Positions 39,849-51,700 of a DNA stretch of 64,000 nt are shown in pieces. Origin of the DNA: Lachnospiraceae bacterium (GTDB taxonomy: Bacteria; Bacillota; Clostridia; Lachnospirales; Lachnospiraceae). The stretch is from contig JAILJC010000180.1 in NCBI GenBank assembly GCA_024694965.1, positions 37,031-101,030 on the forward strand, given 5' to 3'. Below the pieces are notes generated by a model, which had not been told where the DNA came from, searched no databases, and saw only the letters and a program-made list of their open reading frames with translations. A program made the translations under genes and the position numbers. Within the stretch, counting starts at the first letter, position 1. Every line of letters begins with the position of its first letter.

Positions 39849-40345
39849 TGATGAACGATTTTGAATCCCCTGATGAAAGTATCAGGCGTGCAAAGCTCAG
39901 GGCGATGAAGCTGCTTGAGCAGCGTGATTATACTGAAGCAAGGCTCAAGCTTAAGCTTAAGGACGGCGGTTATCCCGATGAAGTTGTAAATGAAGCCATC
40001 GAATACGTAAAGTCATACGGATATCTGGATGATTTGCGTTATGCCGGTAATCTGGTAAGGACCAGCATAGGAGTAAGGAGCAAAAGGGAAGTCGAACGTA
40101 AGCTTAGGGAAAGGGGCGTTTCTTCGGATATCATAAGGGAGGCGTTTGAGCTTGAAGGCGGCGGCTATGACTCAGACAGTGAGGGTGAACTTATAAGAAA
40201 GCTTATCCTTAAGCGCTGCCCCCATCCCGAAGAGCTTGACAGCAGGAGTAAAAGCAAGCTGTTTGCCTATATGTACGGAAAAGGCTTTTCAATAGACAGG
40301 GTTGAACGGATATTGGAAGAAGTATTGCTTGACATAACATCTTAA
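39848..40345 (+). CDS. recX: RecA regulator RecX
   Basis: 165-aa helical-repeat protein immediately downstream of recA, with the RecX pattern (Y.DD..YA). Confidence 0.82.
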   Translation: MMNDFESPDESIRRAKLRAMKLLEQRDYTEARLKLKLKDGGYPDEVVNEAIEYVKSYGYLDDLRYAGNLVRTSIGVRSKREVERKLRERGVSSDIIREAFELEGGGYDSDSEGELIRKLILKRCPHPEELDSRSKSKLFAYMYGKGFSIDRVERILEEVLLDITS

Positions 40346-40444
40346 AGAGTATAAGATTTATATGTTGTAGTTTTTTGAGTTAGAATATGTAATCTATATT
40401 CTATATAATAATCGTACAATGAAAACTATATAAGGAGGTGCCCT

Positions 40445-41998
40445 GTGCAATATGTAATCATTATTGCAGTTGCGGTGATTCTTCTGGGAATCGGTTGCTT
40501 TCTTTCCTACAGGATGGGATTTGAGAAGAAACGCAGGACGGATGAAGAGAAGATAGGCAATGCCGAACAGAAGGCTCGCGAGATAATCGACGAAGCCTTA
40601 AAGACGGCCGAGGCTAAAAAGCGTGAAGGGCTGCTCGAAGTCAAGGAGGAATCCATTCGTGCCAGAAATGACATTGAGAAGGAGACCAAGGAGAGACGGG
40701 CAGAATTACAGCGCATGGAGCGCAGGATGCAGCAGAAGGAAGAGAACCTTGATAAAAAGACTGATGCCATCGAGAAGCGCGAAGCCAGCTATGCCCAGAA
40801 GGAAGAAGCACTTGCAAAGCAGAAGGAACAAGTGTCCAAGCTTAATGAACAGCGTGTACAGGAACTGGAGAGGATCTCCGGATTGACCTCTGAACAAGCA
40901 AAAGAGTATCTGTTAAAAACTGTTGAAGATGATGTAAAACACGAAACTGCCATCCTTATTAAGGAACTGGAGAATAAAGCCAGGGAGGAGGCAGACAAGA
41001 AGGCTAAGGAATTTGTGGTAAATGCCATACAGAGATGTGCGGCAGACCATGTAGCAGAGACGACTATCTCTGTTGTTCCGCTGCCTAATGATGAAATGAA
41101 GGGAAGGATCATCGGACGAGAGGGTAGGAATATAAGGACCCTTGAGACGATGACGGGAGTCGATCTTATCATAGACGATACACCCGAAGCCGTAGTTTTG
41201 TCAGGCTTTGATCCTATAAGACGTGAAGTGGCGCGTATCGCCCTTGAGAAGCTGATCGTCGACGGACGTATCCATCCGGCAAGGATCGAAGAAATGGTAG
41301 AGAAGGCCCAGAAAGAAGTTGAAACCATGATCCGGGAGGAAGGCGAATCCGCTACGCTTGAAGTAGGCGTTCACGGAATACATCCCGAACTGATAAAGCT
41401 TCTGGGCAGGCTCAAATTCAGGACCAGTTACGGTCAGAATGTGCTTAAGCATTCCATCGAAGTTTCGCTTTTGTGCGGACTTCTTGCTTCCGAGATAGGA
41501 GTGGATGTCCGTATTGCCAAGCGGGCAGGTCTGCTTCATGATATCGGTAAGGCAGTGGATCATGAGATGGAAGGATCACACATCCAGCTGGGTGTTGATC
41601 TGTGTCGTAAGTACAAGGAATCCGCAACGATCATAAATGCGGTTGAAGCACATCATGGCGATGTTGAACCGCAGTCTCTTTTTGCGGTACTCGTACAGGC
41701 AGCCGATACTATTTCGGCAGCTCGTCCGGGCGCGAGAAGAGAAACATTGGAGACATATACTAACAGATTAAAACAGCTTGAAGATATTACTAATTCCTTT
41801 AAAGGAGTCGATAAATCTTTTGCTATTCAGGCAGGCCGCGAGGTTCGTATAATGGTAGTTCCTGAGCAGGTTAATGACGCGGATATGGTATTGCTAGCAC
41901 GAGATATTTCCAAGAAGATCGAAGAAGAAATGGAATATCCGGGTCAGATCAAGGTTAACGTGATCCGAGAGAGTCGCGTAACTGATTTTGCAAAATAA
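40445..41998 (+). CDS. rny: Ribonuclease Y
   Basis: N-terminal TM helix, coiled coil, KH domain ([12 protein letters not shown]), HD domain (LLHDIGKA). GTG start after AAGGAGG. Confidence 0.95.
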   Translation: MQYVIIIAVAVILLGIGCFLSYRMGFEKKRRTDEEKIGNAEQKAREIIDEALKTAEAKKREGLLEVKEESIRARNDIEKETKERRAELQRMERRMQQKEENLDKKTDAIEKREASYAQKEEALAKQKEQVSKLNEQRVQELERISGLTSEQAKEYLLKTVEDDVKHETAILIKELENKAREEADKKAKEFVVNAIQRCAADHVAETTISVVPLPNDEMKGRIIGREGRNIRTLETMTGVDLIIDDTPEAVVLSGFDPIRREVARIALEKLIVDGRIHPARIEEMVEKAQKEVETMIREEGESATLEVGVHGIHPELIKLLGRLKFRTSYGQNVLKHSIEVSLLCGLLASEIGVDVRIAKRAGLLHDIGKAVDHEMEGSHIQLGVDLCRKYKESATIINAVEAHHGDVEPQSLFAVLVQAADTISAARPGARRETLETYTNRLKQLEDITNSFKGVDKSFAIQAGREVRIMVVPEQVNDADMVLLARDISKKIEEEMEYPGQIKVNVIRESRVTDFAK

Positions 41999-42013
41999 GC
42001 ACAAAATAATTAA

Positions 42014-42040
42014 CCCCATGCCATAAGGCATGGGGTTTTT
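42014..42040 (+). terminator. Rho-independent terminator of rny
   Basis: CCCCATGCC-ataa-GGCATGGGG followed by TTTTT. Confidence 0.85.
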
Positions 42041-42046
42041 AAATAG

Positions 42047-42120
42047 TAGCGAGGAAGAGACTTGAACTCTTAACCTCCCGGGTATGAACCGGACGCTCTA
42101 GCCAGTTGAGCCACCTCGCC
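42047..42120 (-). tRNA. tRNA-Met (anticodon CAU), elongator-like; an Ile2/lysidine identity cannot be excluded by eye
   Basis: Reverse complement folds as a cloverleaf: acceptor GGCGAGG/CCTCGCT, D arm GCTC-AACTGGCTA-GAGC, anticodon arm TCCGG-TTCATAC-CCGGG, T arm with GTTCAAGTC. CCA is not encoded. Confidence 0.85.
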
Positions 42121-42258
42121 ACAAACTCGGGCTGACCCGCTTTGCTATTATACTAATCAGTCGCCGTTATTGTCAAGGAAAATATTTTATTTATAACTTT
42201 AATTTATCTCTAATACAGTATATAATATAATAACAAACTTTGATCGGGAGGTTCCGGC

Positions 42259-43581
42259 ATGAAAAAACTTATGGTATTGATGGTGGCGGGGATTGTATGC
42301 ATGGGGTTAACTGCCTGCGAGGGTACGGAATTCGACCCTTCAGCGATAAGTGAGGTGTCGCGTCAGGTCGAAGAGGTTACCGCTTCCGTTGAGGAAATAA
42401 GTGAATATGTCGGTGAGATACAGTCATCGGTACAGGAAGGCATTGATGAGGCAAATGCCGTAATGGAATGGTACAAAACTGAAGCATGGGCAAATAATCC
42501 GTGGATTTCCACACCTGTTACCGAGGAAGAAGTTGAAGGTCTGATTGATGCGGGACAGAAGGAGATCAACGCATATATCGGAGAAAATGCGGTATATGAT
42601 ATCCTAAGCGCAAGCGATATCGAATTCTTCAATGAGTATTTTAATGACGGCCGTAATAACGGATTTTTGTTAAGCACATATGAGTGCCCCGAGGCATGCG
42701 ATGCTTCGCAGATATTTTCAAGGTATTCGGATGCCATAGAGGAAGTAACCGATGAAGATACTGAGGATGATTATGCAGGCAAGGTACCCGAGGAAGGAGT
42801 AAATGCAACCCTGCTCGGTAATCTTGGCATTGAAAACAGGGAGCTTAACACGCCTCTTAAGTTTAAGAAGGGTTCAAACGGCAGGTATCTGTTCCTTGAT
42901 GATGTAAAAGATACTGTTAAGCTTAATTGTGACGGTGGTTTTTATTACAATAATATATTTGTGATCATGATGCGTGCGGAAAACCAGGATACTCCGTTTG
43001 CGCTGACTGTCCTTACAAAAGATGATGACGGTTCCGTAAAGATTCAGATGAATTACTGGAGCGATGATATGGAAGAAGTACAGTGGGACGGTTCATTCCT
43101 GTATGATCTGTACGACATGATGCAGGATTCGGATATACAAAGGGTAATGAATATTCCTGGATTTACCGGTGATGTTTCTCTTGGGGCCGAAATAGCTGCC
43201 GATGCTATGACCGGCGGAAAGGGACTTGAAGAAGTAGCGAAGCTTGTATCGGATGCAAAGGATGAAGCTAAGACTTATGTACAGGAATTTGAAGGTTATG
43301 AGGTTTATTACAGTAACCTTGATCCCTCGGCTGTCGGCGAATATGTAGTATCACAGATAGATGTTTCTTCAGGCAATTTCAAGACCGCCGAAGGAGCAGG
43401 GATCGGAACAACGGTTGAACAGCTTAAGGAAATGTACGGCGATGGTGTTATAACAAGGCTGGCCGCCGGCAGGGAACAGATAATGTACACAAAGGGTAAA
43501 TATAACATGCTGTTCCTTATCGATAAAGCGGGCAAGGTTGAGGAAATGACATTATACATTAACGAGGAATTCAATAAGTAA
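42259..43581 (+). CDS. Hypothetical lipoprotein
   Basis: Signal peptide with lipobox GLTAC. 440-aa acidic protein. No recognised domain. Confidence 0.65.
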   Translation: MKKLMVLMVAGIVCMGLTACEGTEFDPSAISEVSRQVEEVTASVEEISEYVGEIQSSVQEGIDEANAVMEWYKTEAWANNPWISTPVTEEEVEGLIDAGQKEINAYIGENAVYDILSASDIEFFNEYFNDGRNNGFLLSTYECPEACDASQIFSRYSDAIEEVTDEDTEDDYAGKVPEEGVNATLLGNLGIENRELNTPLKFKKGSNGRYLFLDDVKDTVKLNCDGGFYYNNIFVIMMRAENQDTPFALTVLTKDDDGSVKIQMNYWSDDMEEVQWDGSFLYDLYDMMQDSDIQRVMNIPGFTGDVSLGAEIAADAMTGGKGLEEVAKLVSDAKDEAKTYVQEFEGYEVYYSNLDPSAVGEYVVSQIDVSSGNFKTAEGAGIGTTVEQLKEMYGDGVITRLAAGREQIMYTKGKYNMLFLIDKAGKVEEMTLYINEEFNK

Positions 43582-43597
43582 CGGGAGCAGGTCGTTT

Positions 43598-44149
43598 ATG
43601 CGAGTCGGTACGGGTTATGATGTGCACCGTCTTACGGAAGGCAGGGACCTTATAATAGGCGGTGTTAAGATACCATATGATAAAGGACTTTTAGGACATT
43701 CGGATGCGGATGTCCTATTGCACGCTATAATGGATGCGTTGCTTGGAGCAGCGGCTCTGGGTGATATAGGAAAGCATTTTCCCGATACTGATGAGGCATA
43801 CAGGGGTATAAGCAGTGTTGAACTGCTTAAACGTGTCGGCCGCATGCTTGATGACGGACAGTATATAGTTGAGAACATAGATGCCACGATAATTGCTCAG
43901 CAGCCGAAGATGCGTCCTTACATTGATGACATGAGGAGTAATATAGCAGGCGCGCTCGGTATTGAGGTATCGCAGGTAAACGTAAAGGCGACAACTGAGG
44001 AAGGTCTTGGATTTACGGGCAGCGGTGAAGGCATATCGGCGCAGGCTGTCTGTATCATAAGTCCGTTAAGGGAGCTTGCAAGCTATCCTGTAGGAGGTAA
44101 CTGCGAAGGATGTCCCGGCTGTCCGGGAGCTGCGGGAGGCACTGTATAG
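43598..44149 (+). CDS. ispF: 2-C-methyl-D-erythritol 2,4-cyclodiphosphate synthase with a short Cys/Gly-rich C-terminal tail
   Basis: IspF pattern: [32 protein letters not shown]. Confidence 0.92.
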   Translation: MRVGTGYDVHRLTEGRDLIIGGVKIPYDKGLLGHSDADVLLHAIMDALLGAAALGDIGKHFPDTDEAYRGISSVELLKRVGRMLDDGQYIVENIDATIIAQQPKMRPYIDDMRSNIAGALGIEVSQVNVKATTEEGLGFTGSGEGISAQAVCIISPLRELASYPVGGNCEGCPGCPGAAGGTV

Positions 44150-44152
44150 CAT

Positions 44153-44824
44153 ATGGGTTTTATCAGGAATATAAAGGATGAGATCAAGGTAATACGCGAA
44201 CGGGACCCCGCCATCCATTCATCGATGGAGGTTTTTTTGTACCCAAGCTTCCGGGTTATGATGCACTACCGCTTTGCGCATAAGCTGTATCTTAAAAAAC
44301 ATTATCTGCTGGCCAGGTTTGTGTCCCAGCGTGCAGCCAGAAAGACGGGCATTGAGATACATCCGGGAGCACAGATCGGAAGCGGGTTTTTCATAGACCA
44401 TGGTACGGGGGTCGTAATCGGAGAAACCACCATAATAGGGAATAATGTGACTCTGTACCAGGGCGTTACCCTTGGAGGTACCGGTAAGGAAACGGGTAAG
44501 CGTCATCCCACCCTTGAGGATAACGTGATGGTTTCGGCGGGAGCCAAGGTACTGGGTTCTTTTACGATAGGCGCAAACAGCAAGATCGGAGCAGGCTCCG
44601 TAGTGCTTGAGGAGGTGCCGCCAAACTGTACGGTAGTCGGGGTGCCGGGACGCATCATCAAACGTGAGAATGAAGTGGTTATACCCCGCGAGACCATGGA
44701 TCAGGTGCATCTGCCGGATCCCATCAAGGAGGATATCCAAAACCTGCAAAAGGCCAATTCGGAACTCACAAACAGGCTGCTTGATCTGGAAACCGAGTTA
44801 AGACAGCTAAGGAAGGATACTTAA
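44153..44824 (+). CDS. cysE: Serine O-acetyltransferase
   Basis: Hexapeptide-repeat left-handed beta-helix pattern (IHPGA.IG..FFIDHGTGVVIGET). Upstream of cysS. Confidence 0.9.
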   Translation: MGFIRNIKDEIKVIRERDPAIHSSMEVFLYPSFRVMMHYRFAHKLYLKKHYLLARFVSQRAARKTGIEIHPGAQIGSGFFIDHGTGVVIGETTIIGNNVTLYQGVTLGGTGKETGKRHPTLEDNVMVSAGAKVLGSFTIGANSKIGAGSVVLEEVPPNCTVVGVPGRIIKRENEVVIPRETMDQVHLPDPIKEDIQNLQKANSELTNRLLDLETELRQLRKDT

Positions 44825-44827
44825 TAT

Positions 44828-46225
44828 ATGAAGATTTACAATTCGCTTACAAGAAAGATCGAAGATTTCAAACCTATAGAGGAGGGCAAGGTATCCATGT
44901 ATACCTGCGGGCCCACTGTGTATCATTTCGCACACATAGGGAACTTAAGGAGCTATATCTGCGAGGATGTACTGGAGAAGCTATTAAGGTTCAGCGGTTA
45001 TGATGTAAAGCGTGTGATGAACATTACCGATGTGGGTCATTTATCTTCGGATGCCGATACGGGCGAGGATAAGATGCTTAAGGGTGCAAAGCGCGAGAAC
45101 AAGACGGTCATGGAGATCGCAAAGTTTTATACCGATGCATTCTTTTCGGATTGTGCCAAGCTAAATATTAAAACTCCCGATGTGGTGGAACCCGCAACAA
45201 ACTGCATTCCGGAATTCATAAAGATGATCGAGGGACTTCTTGAGAAGGGTTATGCTTACAAAGCAGGAGAGAATATCTACTTCGATACTTCAAAGCTGAA
45301 GGAATACTTTGTTTTCGGAAATCAGAATGAAGATGAACTCATGGTGGGAGTGCGCGAGGATGTAGAAGAGGATACAAACAAGCGCAACAGGAATGACTTC
45401 GTCCTGTGGTTTACCAAGTCAAAGTTTGAGGATCAGGCACTTAAGTGGGACAGCCCCTGGGGTGTAGGCTATCCCGGCTGGCATATAGAGTGCTCATGCA
45501 TAAGCATGAAGCATCTTGGAGAAAAGCTTGACCTTCATTGCGGCGGCATTGATAATATGTTTCCGCATCATACAAACGAGATAGCACAGAGTGAGTCATA
45601 TATAGGGCATAAGTGGTGCAATTACTGGTTCCATGTCCATCATCTTAACGATGAGTCCGGCAAGATGAGCAAGAGCAAGGGCGAATTCCTTACCGTATCG
45701 CTGCTTGAAAGCAAGGGTTACGATCCGATAGTATACAGGCTGTTCACCCTCCAGTCGCATTACCGGAAGCCTCTTACATTCTCGTATGAAACGCTCGATC
45801 AGACGGTCACCACATATAAAAAGCTTAAGAACCGTATAGCCGCAATAGAGGATTCGGGAGATGTAAGCGAGGCGGCCGTTAAGGAGTGGCATGATAAGTT
45901 TGCGGAAGCCGTAGGGAATGACTGCAATACGGCTATGGGGCTGACTCTGCTTTATGATGTATTAAAATCCGACTTAAACGGTGCGACAAAGTTAAAGATA
46001 ATCGGCGATTATGATTATGTTTTATCCCTTAACCTGCTTAAGCCTGAAGAATCAGAGGCTGTCGATGATGAACTTGCATCATTTGTTGAAGCAAAGATAG
46101 CGGAGCGGGCAGAAGCCAAGAAAGCAAAGGATTACGCAAAAGCGGATGCCATAAGGGAGGAACTTGCCGGTAAGGGTATAATCATTAAGGATACCCGCGA
46201 GGGAACAGTGTGGAGCAGAGCTTAG
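44828..46225 (+). CDS. cysS: Cysteine--tRNA ligase
   Basis: Class I HIGN (HFAHIGN) and KMSKS motifs. Confidence 0.96.
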   Translation: MKIYNSLTRKIEDFKPIEEGKVSMYTCGPTVYHFAHIGNLRSYICEDVLEKLLRFSGYDVKRVMNITDVGHLSSDADTGEDKMLKGAKRENKTVMEIAKFYTDAFFSDCAKLNIKTPDVVEPATNCIPEFIKMIEGLLEKGYAYKAGENIYFDTSKLKEYFVFGNQNEDELMVGVREDVEEDTNKRNRNDFVLWFTKSKFEDQALKWDSPWGVGYPGWHIECSCISMKHLGEKLDLHCGGIDNMFPHHTNEIAQSESYIGHKWCNYWFHVHHLNDESGKMSKSKGEFLTVSLLESKGYDPIVYRLFTLQSHYRKPLTFSYETLDQTVTTYKKLKNRIAAIEDSGDVSEAAVKEWHDKFAEAVGNDCNTAMGLTLLYDVLKSDLNGATKLKIIGDYDYVLSLNLLKPEESEAVDDELASFVEAKIAERAEAKKAKDYAKADAIREELAGKGIIIKDTREGTVWSRA

Positions 46226-46226
46226 G

Positions 46227-46664
46227 ATGGAAGGCAGCATTCTTTCAAATATCAGGGAACGTTTCGAGCTTAAAGATATAGAACCGGAACATTATTCACC
46301 TCTTGCGCTTGCGTTCATCGGTGACAGTGTGTTTGACCTTGTGGTCAAGACGGTACTTGTCGAGAAGGCCAACTGCCCGGCCAATGTCCTGCATCGCAAA
46401 ACGAGCGGTATCGTAAAGGCGCAGTCGCAGGCGGAGATGGCACAGTGGTTTTTGAACAATGATATGCTGAGTGAGGAGGAACAGGGCATTTACCGCAGGG
46501 GGAGGAATGCCAAGTCACCCACAACGGCAAAGAATGCATCGGTATCCGATTACCGCATGGCAACGGGTGTCGAGGCGCTTATCGGATATCTGTACCTTAA
46601 AGACCGTACCGAAAGGCTGGTTGAGCTGATAAAGGCAGGAATGGATAAGATCACGGAGTTATAG
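46227..46664 (+). CDS. mrnC: Mini-ribonuclease 3
   Basis: RNase III-like signature LAFIGDSVFDL, about 145 aa, conserved position after cysS. Confidence 0.85.
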   Translation: MEGSILSNIRERFELKDIEPEHYSPLALAFIGDSVFDLVVKTVLVEKANCPANVLHRKTSGIVKAQSQAEMAQWFLNNDMLSEEEQGIYRRGRNAKSPTTAKNASVSDYRMATGVEALIGYLYLKDRTERLVELIKAGMDKITEL

Positions 46665-46665
46665 G

Positions 46666-47415
46666 ATGTCATACGAGGAAGTACTGATAGAAGGCAGGAA
46701 TGCCGTAATAGAGGCATTAAGGTCCGGCAGGCCTATAGATAAGCTGTATATACTGGACGGATGCCAGGATGGACCGATCTCAACGATAAAGAGGGAAGCC
46801 AGAAAGACGGATGCGATTATAAAGTTCGTCGATAAGGAGCGGCTAGATCAGCTGAGCACAACGGGGCATCATCAGGGCGTCATCGCGCAGTCGGCAGCTT
46901 ATGAATATGCCGATGTTGATGATATCCTGAAAAAAGCGGAAGAAAAGGATGAAGCACCGTTTATCTTCCTGCTTGACAATATCGTTGATCCGCATAACTT
47001 GGGAGCCATAATAAGGACTGCCAATCTATGCGGTGCGCACGGGGTCATAATACCTAAGAACCGTGCGGTAGGACTTACCGCCACCGTTGCAAGGACTTCA
47101 GCGGGAGCCCTTAATTACACTCCGGTTGCCCGTGTGACAAACCTTGCAAGGACGATTGAAGACCTTAAGAAGAAGGGGCTTTGGTTTGTTTGTGCCGATA
47201 TGGACGGCGAGGTGATGTATAAACAGAACCTTACAGGGCCGATAGGCCTTGTGATAGGGGCCGAGGGCGAGGGAGTAAGCAGGCTCGTTAAGGAAAAATG
47301 CGATTATGTCGCATCGATCCCCATGAATGGAGACATAGATTCACTGAACGCTTCGGTAGCAGCCGGAGTGCTTGCGTATGAGATAGTTAGGCAGAGGATA
47401 AATGAACGCGGATAA
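46666..47415 (+). CDS. rlmB: 23S rRNA (guanosine-2'-O)-methyltransferase, TrmH/SpoU family
   Basis: SpoU methylase motifs: DPHNLGAIIRTA, GAEGEGV, SLNASVAAGV. Confidence 0.85.
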   Translation: MSYEEVLIEGRNAVIEALRSGRPIDKLYILDGCQDGPISTIKREARKTDAIIKFVDKERLDQLSTTGHHQGVIAQSAAYEYADVDDILKKAEEKDEAPFIFLLDNIVDPHNLGAIIRTANLCGAHGVIIPKNRAVGLTATVARTSAGALNYTPVARVTNLARTIEDLKKKGLWFVCADMDGEVMYKQNLTGPIGLVIGAEGEGVSRLVKEKCDYVASIPMNGDIDSLNASVAAGVLAYEIVRQRINERG

Positions 47416-48031
47416 ATACGAAGGATTGTCTGATATTGAACTTATAATGCGATCTCGTGACGGTCACAGCGATGTGACCGATTATCTTATGGAAAAATAC
47501 AAGGATCTTGTCCGGAGTAAGGCCAGGTCAATGTTCATCCTGGGGGCCGATAACGATGACCTTATCCAGGAAGGCATGATAGGGCTTTTCAAGGCAGTCA
47601 GGGACTACGATTCGGGAAGGGATGCAAGCTTTTTTACCTTCGCCGAGCTGTGCATATCAAGGCAGATATACACGGCGGTCCAGGCTTCGCGGCGCCAGAA
47701 GCATATTCCCCTTAATAACTATATATCCCTTTACGGAAACGTTTCGGATGATCCGGCAGATGCCGATAAGTACTTAATAGACGCGCTTCAGCCGGACGGC
47801 GACTTAAGTCCCGAAGAGCTGGTCATCGACAGGGAGAATGTACACAGGCTGGAGCAGCGTATCGAGGAGAGCTTAAGTCCGTTTGAAAAGCAGGTTCTCG
47901 ACCTCTATATAACCGGCATGTCATATGTCAAGATAGCCGCCGTTTTAGGAAAGGATGAAAAGTCAACGGATAATGCGCTTCAAAGGCTTAAATCCAAGAT
48001 AAAAAAGATAATTAAAGAGGACATAAAATAA
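47402..48031 (+). CDS. sigH: RNA polymerase sigma factor SigH
   Basis: Sigma-70 region 2 (DLIQEGMIGLFKAVRDYD) and region 4, at the conserved position after rlmB. Confidence 0.85.
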   Translation: MNADKYEGLSDIELIMRSRDGHSDVTDYLMEKYKDLVRSKARSMFILGADNDDLIQEGMIGLFKAVRDYDSGRDASFFTFAELCISRQIYTAVQASRRQKHIPLNNYISLYGNVSDDPADADKYLIDALQPDGDLSPEELVIDRENVHRLEQRIEESLSPFEKQVLDLYITGMSYVKIAAVLGKDEKSTDNALQRLKSKIKKIIKEDIK

Positions 48032-48038
48032 AAAGATA

Positions 48039-48067
48039 TTGACTATACCTGCTAATAAAGTTATACT
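48039..48067 (+). promoter_or_regulatory. Sigma-A promoter candidate for tRNA-Thr
   Basis: TTGACT, a 17-nt spacer, then TATACT. The -10 ends about 20 nt before the tRNA 5' end. Confidence 0.55.
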
Positions 48068-48086
48068 ATGCAAGTGGTATTTTTAA

Positions 48087-48159
<73 letters not shown>

Positions 48160-48188
48160 CTGGATTTCAAGGTTTAAGTAAAAAAGTT

Positions 48189-48228
48189 TCCCCCTGGGTT
48201 TTCCCCATATTAGGGGGATTCTTTTTTT
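48189..48228 (+). terminator. Terminator-like hairpin after tRNA-Thr
   Basis: TCCCCCT...AGGGGGA (or the inner CCCC-atatta-GGGG) followed by TTCTTTTTTT. Confidence 0.5.
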
Positions 48229-48268
48229 GTAAAAACATGTTAAAAAAGATGCGAAAGGGGGACACAGT

Positions 48269-48385
48269 ATGCGGGCAAAAGGAGAAGGATGTTTCTCGAA
48301 GATTAAAAAGAATGGAGTTGAGTATTGGCGTTTCGCTTCGGGCGTGCGAGGAAGGATGCTGCAGAATCATGACTCAACCGATTAA
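48269..48385 (+). pseudogene. Remnant of a tyrosine-integrase N-terminus (38 codons)
   Basis: Translates to MRAKGEGCFSKIKKNGVEYWRFASGVRGRMLQNHDSTD*. GEG-x-F/I..K..G.eYWR is the usual start of phage/ICE integrases (arm-binding domain). It lies about 110 nt past a tRNA 3' end and has no catalytic domain. Confidence 0.45.
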
Positions 48386-48643
48386 GCTTTCCTTTAAATA
48401 ATTAGAGATGTATTATGCGGTGATGGGATGCGGGGATTAAATTATGAAGCATCTTTTGTATGTGGAAGCCCCCCATGTCATAATAATATTTTCAGCAGGA
48501 TATATTTGAGCAGGGAATATTTTTGCAGGCGTTTTCTATAACAGATAGTTCACATCGGGGCGTTTTATGCGGTCTTGTTTGTTACTTTTTACAAAAATGT
48601 TACAACTATTTTTGTTATATAGTAACAAAATTTAAAATATCAG

Positions 48644-48672
48644 TTGAAATACATATAAATACATGTTATAGT
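48644..48672 (+). promoter_or_regulatory. Sigma-A promoter candidate for the essC-led cluster
   Basis: TTGAAA, a 17-nt spacer, then TATAGT. Lies about 100 nt upstream of ATG 48771 in an AT-rich spacer. Confidence 0.4.
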
Positions 48673-48770
48673 CATAATCGCGAGTTAAGGATTCATAGCT
48701 TATATTCGAATCAGATCATGTTATAAACGATTCGTATTAAACTCTATAGATATAGTTTTAAGGTAGTAAA

Positions 48771-51700
48771 ATGCATATAGTAATACAGGTATACAACTCT
48801 CATTCCTTAGAGGAGTTTGTATTTAAGGCTTACCCCCTGCCTGATGAACGGGCCACGGCACTTTTCAAGCTTCGCTCGGACATGTTTCGCCTGAAGGCGG
48901 ATCGTGTCATCTCTCTGATCATATCAAATAATGGGGTCGCCCTAAACGGGACTGACACCGAAGTGTATCATCAGTATCAGGATAAAAAAATCAAATGTGA
49001 AAACATCATATCAGATGATGCCGGGCTCGTTCTGGTGACAGGGGACAGGGAAGTACTTAAGATGGCGGTGTATTTTGCGTCCGATGAAGGGATGAGGTTC
49101 TACAAGGTTGGCGATAAGGATTTAATCACTGTCGGGAATTCTCCCAAAAGGACAGTCAGTCTGCTTGGCAACCAATATATCTCCGATCTGCAGTTGATGT
49201 TTAGGAAGGCTGATGCAGGCGGGATAATGAATGTAAGGTCCGAAACAGGATGCTATTTAAACGGGAGATATATCGGACCTATGAATACGGCAGAATTAAA
49301 ATACGGTGATGTGATAACAACAGGAGGCGTAAGGCTGTTATGGCTGGATGAATGTATCGGTTTTGAAGCCCTGTATATAGGACCTCCCTGTGTTGTAAGG
49401 CTTAAGGAATGTACCCGCTTACGAAAGGTAGATAGAAGCAGGGGAGATGACGGTTTCACACCCGGGGTGCGAAACCTGATAAGGACGGATAATCCTGTGA
49501 TAGAGCTGGATGCTCCGCCACCGGCACCGAATATCCGTCGCCAGCCTGCTTATCTGGCCGTCGGACCGTCGCTTACAATGGCAGTCCCGATGTGTCTGGG
49601 GTGCGGGATGTATATATATGCAGCTTCACGGGCGGGTACCGGAGGCTCAGCAATATATATGTATACGGGACTGGTAACGGCAATTGCATCCGCGATACTT
49701 GGTACGGTGTGGGCCGTTGCGAACTTAAGGCAGAGCAGGCGACAGGAGAAGGAAGATGAAAGGCAGCGGATAAGGACATATAAGGAGTACATAAACAGCT
49801 GTACAAGACGCATAGAAGATAAATACAGGTATAACAGGAATGCCCTAAAGAGGAACAGCCCCGGACTGGATGAGATTTTAAAAGGGAACCTGAACAGCTT
49901 TGTACTTAACAGGCGTTTAGACGATGAAGATCTTTACAGGTACAGGCTGGGCACGGGTAAGTGCAGGTTTGAAGTGGATATAAGGGTTCCGAAGGAAAAG
50001 TACATGCCGGTTCCTGATGAGCTTGCGTCGCTCCCGCTCAAACTCAAGCAAAAATACTTAAAGATAAGTGATGTACCCATATGTACGGATATTAAAGCCG
50101 ACAGGATCCAGGGTTTTATAGGAAGGAACGGACAGGGGCTTGAACAGCTGTTTCTTAACATTGCCCTTCAGATAGCGGCGACAACCGGCCCCGAGCTTAT
50201 AAGGATGGTATTTCTGTTTGGGGATAATGTGATACCTGAGGGTGCGGTAAGGATAATGAGGTGGCTTCCCCAGGCACAGGGAGATGACGGACACTATGTA
50301 TGCACGGATCGTGACAGGAACGATGAACTGCTGTGTTTTCTAGAAGGGATCATTAAGAATCATGAAAACATCGTACACAGATGGATAGTATTTACGGATG
50401 ATCATAAAAGGCTGCCGCCTTCATTGCTAAGCAGGGAGGATCTAAGCCTACTGGTATTTGCAAAAGAGTACAGGTCGCTGCCCGGTGAGTGCAGATGCAT
50501 TATACAGAATGATGCTTCATACAGAGGCATGCTGATGCCGGGAAGGGAAGAATTAAGAAGGGATATATGTTTTGATCACATTTCGCTTAAGGAAGCCGAA
50601 GGATATATAAGACGCATTGCCGGAGTATGCAGGTATGTAAAATCGGCAGTAAAACCGATACCCGCACTTGTGACTCTTCCGATGCTTTATGATACAGACA
50701 ATATAAGGCATAATGATATAGCGGCTTTCTGGCGGGATAACAACACAATAAACAGCATTAGGGCGCCTATCGGTATGGCAGGGGATCAAAGAGTGATATC
50801 CCTCGATCTGCATGAAAAGGCGCATGGACCTCACGGCCTGGTGGCCGGTATGACAGGGAGCGGAAAGAGTGAACTGCTGCAGACATTGATACTGTCTTTG
50901 GCGTTACGGTATCCGCCATGGGAGGTCGGATTTTTTCTTATCGATTACAAAGGAGGCGGCATGGCTTCAATGTTTGAAGGGCTGCCCCATCTTATAGGAA
51001 GCATATCAAATCTGTCCGGCAATATCACGGACAGGGCACTGCTGTCGATACGCAGTGAAAACGAACGCAGGCAGAGGCTGTTCCTTGATGCGGGTGTCAA
51101 CTCGATCAGGGACTACGGCAGGAAATTTCTTGACGGCACTGTAGCCATGCCGCTTCCCCACATTTTGATAATCATAGACGAGTTTGCCGAGCTTAAGCGC
51201 GAGCAGCCGGAATTTATGAAGGAACTCATAAGCGTTGCTCAGGTGGGAAGGAGCCTTGGAGTTCATCTGATCCTTGCAACTCAGAAACCCGCAGGCACGG
51301 TTGACGATAACATTTTTTCAAATTCCAGGTTCAGGATATGTTTAAGAGTTCAGGATAAGCAGGACAGCAATGACATGCTGCACAGACCTGATGCGGCTTA
51401 TATAAAAAACCCGGGAAGGGCATATTTCCAGGTGGGAAACGATGAACTGTTTGAGGAGTTCCAGTCGGGATACACTATGGAACCCTGTATGGTTGAAAGT
51501 GATACGGGAACATTATGTCTGCTTGACAGAAACGGACGCAGGATAAAGGTATCGGAAAACCACATTGAAAATGAAGAAGCGGATACACATTTTTCTATGT
51601 CCATGAAGGTTATCAGACGTTGTTATGAAGAAAGTGACCATGCCACGATACAGAAGCTCTGGCTTCCCGAGCTTGACACAAGGCTGGTGCTTAACGAAAC

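Noticed and set aside
50424-50433. A 10-nt match (reverse complement) to the tRNA-Thr 3' end, considered as a possible att repeat
   Set aside because: It is too short, lies inside essC and is in the wrong orientation, so it looks like a chance match. No convincing direct repeat of the tRNA 3' end was seen near the right end of the cluster.
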